Positions 25,445 to 37,419 of a stretch of 64,000 nucleotides of DNA are shown here, one piece after another. The position numbers and the translations under genes were made by a program. Position 1 is the stretch's first letter. Each line of letters opens with the position of its first letter. The notes under the pieces were generated by a model. The model was not told where the DNA came from, did no database searches, and saw nothing but the letters and a program-made list of their open reading frames with translations. This DNA comes from Gracilinanus agilis (Eukaryota), in contig NC_058130.1 in NCBI RefSeq assembly GCF_016433145.1, positions 708,317,536 through 708,381,535 on the forward strand. The letters are read 5' to 3'.

Positions 25445-26741
25445 TTCCCTCCCATATAATGGCCTTCCAATTCTTCAGTCACTGCAACTCCTACAACCTA
25501 TATTTCTACTCAACTTTAGCTACTATGAGGACTGATACACTTTTCATTTCACCATTACCCACAAATATACCACTTTCGTTCTCAAGAATTTAGAAAGTCT
25601 TTTCTCTGACCATAGTTTTTTTTTTTTTTATCATTTTCTCCCTCCCTGTGCCTTACAATGGACTTCATTCTTCATCATCATCCATATTCCTAATTCTTCC
25701 AGCCTTTAGCAGTCTTTTAGGCTACCTGGTCAACTGCTTTGGGTTCACTTCCCAATCTTGACCCTTAAGCTAACCAGTTCAGCATTAAACTCTCCTCTCC
25801 TCTGAAAGTCCTTTCCCCTTTTTATCCTTTCAACATTCAGATCTTTGCCAAAACCTAATCATTTCCACCATTCACATCTGCTCCAGTGCTCCTGGGAAAC
25901 ATAGTAGGGGTTAATACATGTTTATTGATTGATCGATTGAGTGCTTCTGTTCACTCACTTGTTGCTGAATATAGCTGATGGAAGTCAGGCAACCCTGGTG
26001 AGTCTACTATAGATTTCTGTTATCTAATCTCAAATTGACACAGACTGCAGCAGAACAATCTCTGTATTCTTCCTTACTAAATTGTCTCTAGCATTACTCA
26101 AAGCAGCTATACCAAACCTTCCAACCTTACCTCAAGCCTCCACTGTCCACTCCCCTCCACCTTTCTTCTCAGCAGAGGATATTGCATCATACTTTATTGA
26201 GAAAGCAGAAGTCAGTTATACACCATGAACTTCCTCTCACCCCTCTTCTCTTTAAACCTGAGACCCCTTAGATGTCATTCCTCATTACTTCCTCCTTTTT
26301 ACTCCAGTTTCTGATGATGAGGTAGACTGTCCGCCAAACTCATCCCTCTATGTGTACCTATAATTCCAATCTCTCCTACCTTCCCCAGAGATTGCCTCCA
26401 CAAGAATCCATCCTTTCTCTGATTTTCAGATTAACTTCATTTTCTCCTTATCTATTGGTTTCGTTCTTGCTACCTACAAAAGTGCCAAGGTTTTTTTTTA
26501 ACCTAAGAAGAAGCAAAAACTTCTTTCCTTGATTCTACTTAATATCACCAAATGCTATCATCTTCTATCTCTTTTCCCTTTGTCAGATAAACTACAAATA
26601 TGCTCTCTACTCTCCTTGCCTCCACTAACTCTCCTCTGACTTAAATTCTCACCTCCTTAAAATCTCACTTCCATCCTTATCCCTCAATTACAATTGATCT
26701 CTTCAGAGTTAATGATGTTTTTTATTCATGTTCCAGATGAG

Positions 26742-26952
26742 NNNNNNNNNNNNNNNNNNNNNNNNNNNNNNNNNNNNNNNNNNNNNNNNNNNNNNNNNNN
26801 NNNNNNNNNNNNNNNNNNNNNNNNNNNNNNNNNNNNNNNNNNNNNNNNNNNNNNNNNNNNNNNNNNNNNNNNNNNNNNNNNNNNNNNNNNNNNNNNNNNN
26901 NNNNNNNNNNNNNNNNNNNNNNNNNNNNNNNNNNNNNNNNNNNNNNNNNNNN
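26742..26952. other. Assembly gap (211 N)
   Basis: Run of N bases. Confidence 1.
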
Positions 26953-28809
26953 GCTGTTATTATTATGACCAATTAAAAAAAAAAAACCTTACCTTCCATC
27001 CATACTGTGTATTGGTTCCAAGGCAGAAGAGTGGTAAGGGCTAGGCAATGGGGGTTAAGTGACTTAACCAGGGTCACACAGCTAGGAAGTGTCTGAGGCC
27101 AGATTGGAACCCAGGATCTCTGGTCTTTTGAGAAATTCACTGAGCAACTTAGCAGCTCTTATTATCTCCATTTTACAGTTGGGAAAATGAAGGCAGTCAG
27201 AGGTAAAATGACTTGCCCAAGATTATGTAGCCACACACAGTCTGAGTCTAGATTTGAATTTGGGTCTTTCTGACTCCAGGCCCAGTGCTCTAGCCACTGT
27301 GCCACTCTTGCCACAAAATTTCCCTCTTTCTCTTGAAGATACCACCAAGTTGGCAAACTTGGTATAATCCTCAACTCCTCTATCCTTCATCCCGTATATA
27401 TAACTAGTTACCACATCTTATCAAGTTTATCTTCACTATAACTCTTGTATCTGTCCCCTTTTCTCTATTTACTTGGATACTACCTTAGACTGGACCCTCA
27501 TTACCTCTCAGTTGGACTATTTTTTTTTGTTTTTTCTAATATGAAAAATTTTAATTAATTAATTTAGAATATTTTTCTATGGTTACATGATTCATATTTT
27601 TTCCCTCCCCTCCTCCCACCCCCTTCCTGTAGCCAATGAGCAATTCTACTAGGTTTTACATGTTAGGCTATTTTTTTGAAACCCTTTCTTTTTTTTTTTT
27701 TTTGAGGAAGGTTGATTTAAACTCTGACCTTCCACCTTAGAATCAATACTGTGTATTGGTTCCAAGACAGAAGAATGGCAAGGGCTAGGCAATGGGGGTT
27801 AAGTGACTTGCCCAGGGTCACATAGTTAGGAAGTGTCTGAGGCCAGATTTGAACCCAGGACCTCTCATCTCTGGGCTTAGCTCATTAACCACTGAACCTA
27901 ATAAGGTTTCCTGCCTCAAATTTCTCCTCTCTCTAATCCAATCTGCACAGAGATGCCAAAATGATTTTCCTAAGACATAAGAGATGATCCCGCCACTCCC
28001 CTCCTCAATAAGCACCAGAGATCCCCCGTTCCCTCTAGAATAAAATGCAAATTCTTCTGTTTGGCATTTAAAGCCCTTCATAAGCTAAATCTAATGTATC
28101 TCTATAGTATTATTATACTTATTTCCCTTCATTCTCTGGTCTGGTCAAACTGGTCTTCCTGCTCTTCCTTACAAACAACATTCCATCTCCATTTTCTAAG
28201 CCTTCGAATTGGCCATCCCCTTAGCCTGGAATGCACTCTGACCCTCCCACCTCCTAGAATCTTGAGTTTCTATCAACCCACAGTTCAAGCATTATTTCTA
28301 TGTGAAACCTAGAGATGCTGAAGATTAGTTTTAAATGTATCAGGAAACTGAAATGAGAAAAGATCTTAATACTTTGGTCAATTTACTTCACTTCTCATTT
28401 TAAATCTACTAGTTTATAAGTTTATAAGCCAACGCTAGCATACACTACGAGATATTAGAATATACTAGGAGGTTTGTTGCAGGACCAGATACAATTAGAC
28501 TTGTTCTGAAAATTCCCCGTTGTCTAAAGCTTTATGATTTGTAACACCTTTGTCACATGCTAGAATCTTTGAAGCCACAATTGTTCTGATCCCATGTTAT
28601 CTTTGAATGGGCACACTAATGCACTGTTGGTGGAGCTGTGCAGTAGTTCCATCCTTCTGGAAAATAAGTAGCTAAAATGCCCGTATCTTTTAGCCAGAGC
28701 TTCTGCCACTAGGCTCTCTATACCCCAAGGAGGTCAAAGACAAAGACAAAAACAAACACCAACATTTATAGTATCGCTTTTTGTAGTAGCCAAGAACTAG
28801 AAACAAAGT

Positions 28810-29040
28810 TGTTTTGTTCCTTAGTCGTTTTGGTCATGTCCCGCCCTTCGTGACGCCCTTTGTCATTTTCTTGGGAAAGGTGGTTTTGCCATTTCCTTCT
28901 CTAGCTCTTTTTGCAGATAAGGAAACTAAGGCAAACAGGGTGAAGTGACTTACCAAAGTCACACAACTAGTAAGTGTCTGAGGTCAGATTTGAACTTGGG
29001 AAAATGAATCTTCCTAACTCCAGATCTGGCACTTTATCCA
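28810..29040 (-). mobile_element. MAR1-type CORE-SINE
   Basis: RTE-like tail (GTTGTT..AGTCGT..TGCCATTTCCTTCTC) followed by CORE and tRNA-head sequence in reverse orientation. Preceded by an old L1 ORF2 fragment at ~28600-28805. Confidence 0.7.
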
Positions 29041-29080
29041 CAAGAGATCTCCCTGGAGTTGCTGACAATTCAGGAAACAT

Positions 29081-29082
<2 letters not shown>

Positions 29083-29120
<38 letters not shown>
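29083..29120. repeat. (AC)19 microsatellite
   Basis: Read directly. Confidence 0.95.
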
Positions 29121-29123
<3 letters not shown>

Positions 29124-29973
29124 CATGTTCCTTAACTACAAGTGCCTGCAACCCTGGTGTGCTAAGAGTGAACTTTCCACCCACTGTGAAATCTCCTTGA
29201 GATACGAGATCATATCACAGTTCCCAAGAGCTCATCTAATCCTGTTTATTCTTCTGCCTACTCTAATATACATTGCTTCCTCAATTTCCATTTATTATTT
29301 ACATTGATAGAAAGGTTTACTAGCTCTCCAAGGGGGTGTGTAATTGTATTGTTAGTGGGAGGGAGCCAAGTTGGTGAGAGTAAAATAATTGTTACTCTCT
29401 CCTTGAGAACAGTCAGGGAAAGTGCCTTTTAATCTGAACTCATGTCATATCCCTAGACCACAGCTATTTGATGTATAATAGATAAATAATAACTATAATG
29501 CCCCCCTCTTGGAGTAGAAGACTGGTGGAAAGATCATCCAGTCACAGCCTTCCTAGATCCTGCCTGGCCCTTCCTAGTTAGGCTGCTGGCTAAGATGCCA
29601 TAGTCTCCTTCCTCTCCACAATTATAGTGTCTCTTAGAGACAGGATGAGCAAGATCCCCAGGCAGATATCTATCCATGGCACATCTCTTTCTACACTGAT
29701 GGTCACCCACATACATACTCTACACTTTTATAGAAATTCACATTGTTTCCCTCAATAGTGTAAGCCCCTTTGAGCTCTGACTGTATCCCCAATGCCTAGT
29801 ACAGTATCTGGAACATAATATTCCATGATTGCTTGTTGATTGATTGGTCTGAGAAAGCAGAACCACGAGTAATGGGAGGAAGATACAGAGAATCAGACTT
29901 CAGTTCAATGGAAGGAAAAATATTCTAATAATTAAAGCCATTCAAAAAATGGAATGGGCTACTAATGGTTTTT

Positions 29974-30172
29974 TTTTAATGTTTTATTTTTTTATTTTTA
30001 ACTCTTAACTTCTGTGTATTGACTTATAGGTGGAAGAATGGTAAGGGTAGGCAATGGGGGTCAAATGACTTGCCCAGGGTCACACAGCTGGGAAGTGTCT
30101 GAGGCCGGATTTGAACCTAGGACCTTCCGTCTCTAGGCCTGGCTCTCAATCCACTGAGCTACCCAGCTGCCC
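29974..30172 (-). mobile_element. Young SINE1_Mdo-like SINE
   Basis: TSD CTACTAATGGTTTTT at 29959-29973 and 30173-30187. Confidence 0.88.
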
Positions 30173-30284
30173 CTACTAATGGTTTTTATCTTTAATAATA
30201 GAGGTCTTCTAGCAACAATTAGGTAGGAATTGGGCAGCCATTTGTAGGTGATATTGTAGAGGAAATGAATTTTCGTTTTCATTT

Positions 30285-30630
30285 TTTTAATTCATTTTTT
30301 TATTTTTAGAAAAATTTTCCATGGTTACATGATTCATGTTTTTACTTTCCCCTTCACCCCTTCAAACTACCCCCACAGTGAACTCGAATTTCCACTGGTT
30401 TTAACATGTGTCATCAATCAAGACTTATTTACATATTATTGATAGTTGCATTGGTGTGGTCCTTTCGGGTCTACATCTCCAATCATGTCTGCATCAACCC
30501 ATGTGTTCAAGCAGTTGCTTTTCTTCTGGTTTCCACTCCTGCAGTTCTTCCTCTGAACATGGGTAGCGTTCTTTACCATAAATCCCTCAGAACTGTCCTG
30601 GGTCATTGCATTGCTGCTGGTACAAATGTC
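30285..30630 (-). mobile_element. 5'-truncated L1 3'UTR
   Basis: CCATGGTTACATGATTCATG.. 3' end shared with the L1 at 63046+ and the shorter piece at ~27525-27663. Confidence 0.7.
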
Positions 30631-30656
30631 CATTATACTTAAAAATAAGCTGGACT

Positions 30657-31107
30657 GAGCAGCTAGATGGCACAGTGGATAGAGCACCAGGCTGAGTCAG
30701 GAAGACACATCTTCATGAGTTCAAATCTGGCCTCAGACACTTATTAGCTTTGTGACCCTAGGCAAGTCTCTTAACCCCTTTTGCCTCAGTTTCTTCATCT
30801 GTAAAAATGATCTGGAGGAGCAGCTATGTGGCTAAATGGATAGAGAGCTGGGCCTGGAGAGGGAGGGTCTTGGGTTCAGATGTGGCCTCAGATATTTCCT
30901 AGCTGGGCAAATCACTTAGCCCCCATTGCCTAGCCCTTACCAGTCTTCTACCTTGGAACTGATACCTAGTATTGATTCTAAGTAAGGGTTCTTTTTCAAT
31001 GAGCTAGAAAAGGAAATGGCAGACCATTCCAGTGTGTTTGCTAGGCAAACCCCAAATAGAGTCAGAAAGGGTCAGACATGGCTGAAACAACTGAACAACA
31101 ACAACAT
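30657..31107 (+). mobile_element. MAR1-type SINE with nested SINE1 (~30810-30995)
   Basis: Head GCAGCTAGATGGCACAGTGGATAGAGC, CORE, then tail GGAAATGGC..CTGAACAACAACAAC resuming after the nested SINE. Confidence 0.75.
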
Positions 31108-31359
31108 AGACTGGACTAGATGGCCTTTGAGGTCTTTCCCAAATCTTTTATTCCATGGTCTTCTGTGAATTGAGGGTGCTAGTGGGATATCTAAGCAGAG
31201 ATACTCAAAGGATAGAAATGCAGATCTGGAACTCTGAGAAGATGGTAAGCAATTACCTGTCATAAGTGGGTATATCCTCCCTTCTTTTTCATAAGAGACT
31301 CCAAGGGCTGTTTCTTCATAAGAATTATAAATTAAGAATTAATCTATGGTCCTTTAGAG

Positions 31360-31788
31360 AGACATTTATGGTTGTACATGGGCCTACAGGGAGACTTGTA
31401 AATCCAAGAGGCCTCTCCAAAGGACTATATTCACCAAGGAACCAACTAGCACTAGATGGAAATGTGGAAATAAGGACAGAGGCCTGCAGGCTGTTGCATA
31501 AGACCTCTGAAGAGATGCCCAACAACAGAAAGAGGTAAAGGAAGGAGTAAACCTTTTTTTTAATAATAAAATAAAAAAGGAAGGAGTAAACCTAGACATT
31601 TATGGTTGTACATGGGCCTACAGGGAGACTTGTAAATCCAAGAGGCCTCTCCAAGGGACTATATTCACCAAGGAACCAACTAGCACTAGATGGAAATGTG
31701 GAAATAGGAAAAGAGGCCTGCAGGCTGTTGCACAAGACCTCTGAAGAGATGCCCAACAACAGAAAGAGGTAAAGGAAGGAGTAAACCT
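31360..31788. repeat. Tandem duplication of a 195-bp unit
   Basis: Copies at 31360-31554 and 31594-31788 differ at only a few positions and are separated by a 39-bp spacer. Confidence 0.92.
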
Positions 31789-33189
31789 CATTGGGGATAA
31801 AGGCAGAGAGATGCTTAGCAAGGACAGAGTCATACTTTGGTGAAGCTTTTGCTATTACCTTTGCTAGTACTAGAGAGATTGAAGTGGCAGGAAATCTGAG
31901 GGGCATCCTGGACTTATGTCTTCACTAGTTTAATGTCTGTGAACTATTTAGATTCCAGGGATTAAGGCAGGAAGTAGATTTTCTAGGGTCTCTAGTATTT
32001 TATACTTGGGTAAAATGAGAGAGTTTCTTTGATGGTCTTAGAACTTGGAGATGAGTCCTTTGTAGGTAATGAAAGAACTGGCCAAAAAGGGCCCCAATTC
32101 TGAGAACATGTAAAGTATACCTTGTCATGCCAATCCATATGGAAATTTTCTTTTTATAGCAATGTATAATGGAGAGAACTTTTCCCTTCTTTCTTGAGAG
32201 CAGAAGGAAATATTCTTTGATTGTTTCTTATTAGAAAAACTTTTAATTGGCCACTGAGGAAGAAGCAAATGGGCATTCGAAAGGTTCAAATGGATGAACT
32301 CTGATGACTTAAAAAAATACCCTACTTTCCACTTTAGAATCAATCCTAAATACTGGTTCCAAGGCAGAAGAGTAGTAAGGGATAGGCAGTTGGGGTTAAA
32401 TGACTGGTCACACAGCTAGGAAGTGTGTGAGGTCAGATTTGAACCCAGGACCTCTCTCAGATGGCTTTTGAGGAAAAACTGCTGTAAGCTGCTGAATTGG
32501 GAAGAATTCCCCAACTGCCTTCCACATGTCAGTGAACAAGTGATACCTCAGTTTATTCTGTCTCTGTTGCGTTTCCTCTTTCCTCAGTTTCCACACTGAA
32601 CATTGGAGATGGAACAGGCTAAGTCATGACCTTGTGAACTTCAAAAAGCTGGAAAAATCATGAGGTTCAGCAAATGGAGTTGGTTATGGTGTCTTCTGGC
32701 TTCAGCAGCTGAAGCTAGTGAGGAGCCAATCCTGATGAATGACTTGTTTGATCTGGCCCAATAGTGAATTGCCCCAGAACCAAGATACCATGTCCTATGT
32801 GAGATTCATATTGCAGAGGGGGATTCCAGCTGCAAGAGAGGGGTTCAAGCTACAGCAATATGAATCTCACACCTATAAGCAAGGGAGCAACTTAGGCTAT
32901 GCTATACCAAGAAAGGAAATCAGAATTATCTACCATCAATGCCTTTTTTCAGATCATTGATAGAAATAGTAACACAAACACAGATGTCTGGGGCACTCCA
33001 ATAGAGACTTCTTTCTAGGGTGACATTAAAATATTATCTACTACTCTGAGGATTGACTATGCTCTTGTATACTTCCACAAAGTTGCAGTGATGAAAACCA
33101 GATTGCAAAGGGTATTGGAAGGAGCTGAAGTGAAGGCAGTGAGCTCAGACCATTATTTCTAGAAGATTGGTTCTGAAAGAAAGTATGGG

Positions 33190-33823
33190 TGTGAAGATAG
33201 AATTAACTCTCCTTTTGTCTATTTTTAGCTAATCAAATCAAGAACTTAAAGTACCCCTACTTAGTAGCTAGCTAACCATTAGGTAAGAGAGCTCACAAGT
33301 CATTTACTAGTTCACACCCTTAAAAGCCACAAGCACTCCCCCCATCTTGGGCAGTGCTCAGCAAATTGGGAGACTGCAAATGGTTCCTGTAAAGAGGGAG
33401 AGAGACAGGAAGTGACATAGAAAAAGGGGTATAAAAAAAGAGACTGAACATGGTCTGGCACTCTTTCCTGCCTTGGCTTTTGGAGAGACTCTTTCCTTGG
33501 ATTCTGCATCAATGAGTAGAGCTTGGTGGAACTCTGGCTGAAGACACCACCAGGACTTCTGACTAAGGACTACCGGAAATCCACATGGAGACTGGGACTT
33601 GGGGAAGCCCCTGCCAGGGGATGAGCCCTTTACCAGAGCAGCACTTAGGGCTTGTAGGCTAACTAGGCTTTGTTTCCCTCCTATATTTCCCACTTTCACT
33701 ATCTCCACCCTGTTGTAAATAAAAGTTGCTAATGGTAATTTTGACTTAGAGGCTAATATTTTATAAATTGTGACCACTTTTATAACTCTCATATTGAGCC
33801 AAAACCTAAATTTAATTGTTACA
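33190..33823 (+). mobile_element. Solo LTR (ERV1-like, 4-bp TSD)
   Basis: TGTG...TTACA termini; TSD TGGG on both sides; ACAGGAAGTG ETS site, TATAAAA near 33430 and AATAAA near 33718 in LTR order. Confidence 0.8.
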
Positions 33824-33868
33824 TGGGTTAATTTTTAAGGAGGTAGCAGAATAAAGGGGAAGAGGTAT

Positions 33869-33870
<2 letters not shown>

Positions 33871-33914
<44 letters not shown>
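33871..33914. repeat. (GT)22 microsatellite
   Basis: Read directly. Confidence 0.95.
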
Positions 33915-33917
<3 letters not shown>

Positions 33918-35534
33918 TGTTTTAGGATAGAGGAGACCTGAATCTGTTCATAGATTAAGGGGAAAGAGGAGGGAGTCAGAAGACCCAGGTGTGAAATCCT
34001 CTTCTGTCACTTATTATATTTGTGACATTGAGCAAGTCACTTAATTTCTCTTGTCCTCCATTTGCTCCTCTGTAAAATGGGGAGGGGGATGAACTAGATA
34101 ACTTCTAATGCTCCTTTCAACTCTAATTCTATCTAGGATAACTAATGGAGTGGAATCCTGGAGAAAATGGGAGAGGATAGGATCAAGGTGTGACTACAGA
34201 GAAAGAGAGCATGGGTAAAGGCACTGAGAAATTTGGAGGAACAGAGGAAGGAAATTCAGGATATAGTCCTATGTAGATTCAATCTTCTTAATAAGGCAGT
34301 TGGTGAGGCTGTCTGTTGGGAATGGAGGATAGAGGGGATAGAGCTGGGCCTTTGAGAGAAGAGAAAGTTTGAAATAGCTTTTGTGGAGTGTGTGAAAGTA
34401 AATAAAATATGAAAAAAAAAGATGGGATTACCATGCAACTGCAACTGGGCCTGGCTGAGGTTAGACAGGATAAATTTGTCATAGATGCACTCAGCATTTT
34501 TCTAGCTTCATTCAGGAACATTAGGCTGCTTGGCAGGAAGAACCAAAGAGTTGAATGGAAGGAGTTTTCTAAGTTGAATGTTAGTAAGATAAGAACAGTA
34601 GATCAAAGGAACATATTTCAAGATTAGGTATCTATAGGTGCCAGGCTCTTTGCTAGTCACTGGGCATAAAAAGGCAAACTTGAAAAGACAAAAAAAGACA
34701 AGTTTGTTCTTGAGAAGCTTGCTATCAAAGAAGATATATCATGGGGCACTGATCAATGAAGACCCAGTTCTGGAAGTACTGCATTCTCTGGGAGTTCTGC
34801 CTGCTCCCAAATCTGTTTCTGAAGGTGAATAATATTTTCCCAATTCGAAGTGTGTGCAGGTATTCTATGACTGCTTCCTGTCCTTTACATGTGGAGAAAA
34901 GCCTTTTAATTGGTCTTTGAGGCAAAACTAAGTGTGAACACAAAAGGATACAAAACTAGCCACATCAGTCTTTTTATTTCCTTGTGGCAAATCGAGGGAA
35001 GACTTGCAATAAGCCTTTAGTAGTAGGGAGAGAGGCCATGGGTCCTAATTTCCAGGCACTACCATGTGGTTTCTGATTACTGGGTACCTATTTCTTTATC
35101 TCTTGATATTTGTTTTAGCTTCTCTTTGGTGGATCAGTATTGGAGATGGAATGGATTAGACTAAAACCTTGTGTACTTGAGAAGATCGGAAGAGTTTGTC
35201 CAGTACCCAAGCCTGAGGAAGAGCCAACACCAAGGGGTTATCTAGTTGGCCCAACCCAGCAGTGGACTTATCCAGAAGCAAAGACATTGTATCTTGCAAG
35301 CAAAGAAGCATCTCTGTCTACTGGCTATAATGCACTGATTTTAAGTTTGAGTTCTCTTTCCCTCCATGGATTCAGGTGGCAGAAGGGAGCATATGTACCA
35401 GTGTAGGAAGGTTTTTGTACTTTAGTTATTGCATCATTTCAGTCAATATCTCTTTGTAAAAAATAATTGATGTCAATTGATTATCAATTATATTGAAGAC
35501 AAACCAACTAGTTAAATCTATATTGGTGCACTAA

Positions 35535-37195
35535 TGTTGAGGGGGTGAAGGGAGGGTAGGTAGAAGGAAGGATGGATGGGAGAAAGGAGAGAGGAAGGGA
35601 AAGGAAGGTAGCAGGGGGAAATTGACCAGAGCCCTTTGGGGCTCAAATAAAAGATCAGAGAGTAGCTTTAGGGTTTAGAATAGCTAGGTCTTATTTAAAT
35701 TAGAAAGGGGAAGGTCTAGGAAAAACTAGGATGTAGATAGAAAGGGTAAAAGGCACCGAGAAAGATCAGAGTAGATAGCGTCAGTCAGCCTCCGGGCTCA
35801 GAGAGTAGACAGACTCCAGGGTAGAGAGATGGAAAAGATGCCACACTCTCTATTTTATACTTTTTCTGACACTTCCCACAAAGGAAGTGGGAGTTGTCGG
35901 GGAAAGTTGTAGCAGGGATCCCTGGGAGATGTAGTCTTCCAGGGCTTACAACAATTCCAAATGACACATTCCCCCCTGTGATCCTTTGGGAGACCAATCT
36001 CCCCAATGGATCATATAACAAACATAAATAAATTTACAATTACAATAAAATAAAGGGTATATACATCAATACAAGGGGAGAATGATAACAGTTTTTTTAC
36101 AATATAAAGAAATCACATACTTGGCGCTTCTTTTACAAAAAAATCAGGGGGCAGACCCCTTTTCTTCACAACAATACATGTACATATAAAACAAATACAT
36201 TTAAGCAAAACAGATGAATTTAACAAAACAAATGAATTTTAAACCAGCAAATGAATTTAAAACCCCCCAAAGTTCAAAATTTTGCTCCGGTTGCTCTTTT
36301 AGGCTCCTGGATCAGCATGCATTTTCCATGTGGTCTCCACAGGCATCTCCATTTGGATTCCAGGAGGCAGTAAACTTTTCCTAAAATAAACTCTCCATAT
36401 GAAATAAAAACACATTCCCCCCTGAGGAGGATAGAAAGAAACAATGAAATCACAGAGGGGTATATGGCTGAGGCAGGAGGCATGTGAATCACTGCCAATC
36501 AAATTCATCAGAAAAATTAGCACAAAAAGGCCAAATAACTAGTGGATGAAAAATTCTAAACATCCAATCCTAAATTTTTTATGGAAAAGTTCTAAATAAG
36601 AAAAAAAAGAAAAAACACACTAGGTCTTTGAATAATGTCCAATCAAAGTAATCCATGTCCAATATCATGCATTTACCCACTTAACAGCCAGGACCACAGT
36701 CAACAACCATAGTAAGAAGATTAGGAAAAAGGACTAGATTTGTATTTATTGGTCTGATATTATGTCATGTCTTCTTTTCTTCTTTCGTCGTTTCTTCTCA
36801 GGGAAATAATATGGAGACAGAACAGCCAATTGTTAGGTACTTGATATAAATTTCACAAGGAGTGTAGTTCCAGGAGTCCTACATCTTAACGTATGTTAAG
36901 CCTCACAACCTCAATTCTCACACTAGGTTCAAGTCCTGTTTATTGGCATAGAAGTCTCAGCAATCCTAGTAGGATTGGTTTCTCTTTTTGACCTGTGTGC
37001 TGGTTTGCTAATCAATGATATTGATGCCACTGCAATGATAATAACTGGCATTAGCAATTGATATTGGGGACAATAATCACTAGAGACTTTAATATCTCCA
37101 AGGAGAGCACATTGGACTGTACCATTAGAAGAATTGCACAGACCCTTGGAGGACATCTCGGTGCTACAGTGGGCATTGAATCTGGAAAACCTGAT
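35535..37195 (-). mobile_element. ERV 3' remnant: LTR (35535-35968), PPT and env-like internal sequence
   Basis: Minus-strand TGT start at 35968 is preceded by the purine tract CAGGGGGGAA; TATAAAA near 35855; ...CAACA end at 35535. Decayed internal frames show N-glycosylation sequons, Cys residues, a furin-like RSKR (36994-36983) and a TM-like FFLIFLLWLLTVVLAV (~36733-36684). Confidence 0.65.
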
Positions 37196-37419
37196 TTCAC
37201 ATCTAACCTTAGATACTTTCTAGCTAGGTGACTGCACAAATCACCTAGCCTCTGTCTGCCAAGGACTGGGAATACAACTACAAAATTGATAGATAGTCCC
37301 TATTTTCAAGGACCTTACAATCCATTGAGGGGAAAGCAACACACAAAAGGAAACTGAACAGGGAAAATGGCAGGGAGAGATGGAAGTACTTAATGTGGGG
37401 TTATGATGGAGAAGTGCAA

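Larger units (their letters stand above)
24430..26741 (+). mobile_element. Ancient L2 LINE fragment interrupted by younger insertions
   Basis: The endonuclease-like frame GDFNIATDVPSHIMAFQF is restored when 24582-25444 plus one TSD is removed. Pyrimidine-rich L2-like sequence continues to the gap; further pieces at ~27310-27520 and ~27900-28300. Confidence 0.7.

Noticed and set aside
26694-27044. ORFs spanning X runs
   Set aside because: Artefacts of the N gap.
29534-29716. Zinc-knuckle-like HYNCGEEGDY in a minus-strand ORF
   Set aside because: Only one of four ligands is present, there are no supporting gag blocks, and the upstream sequence is an L2 tail.
35140-35406. 88-aa + strand ORF
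   Set aside because: No recognisable motif, splice context or retrocopy hallmarks.
35463-35491. Nested AT-rich palindrome ATAATTGAT..ATCAATTAT
   Set aside because: A 9-bp stem in AT-rich DNA is expected by chance or slippage.
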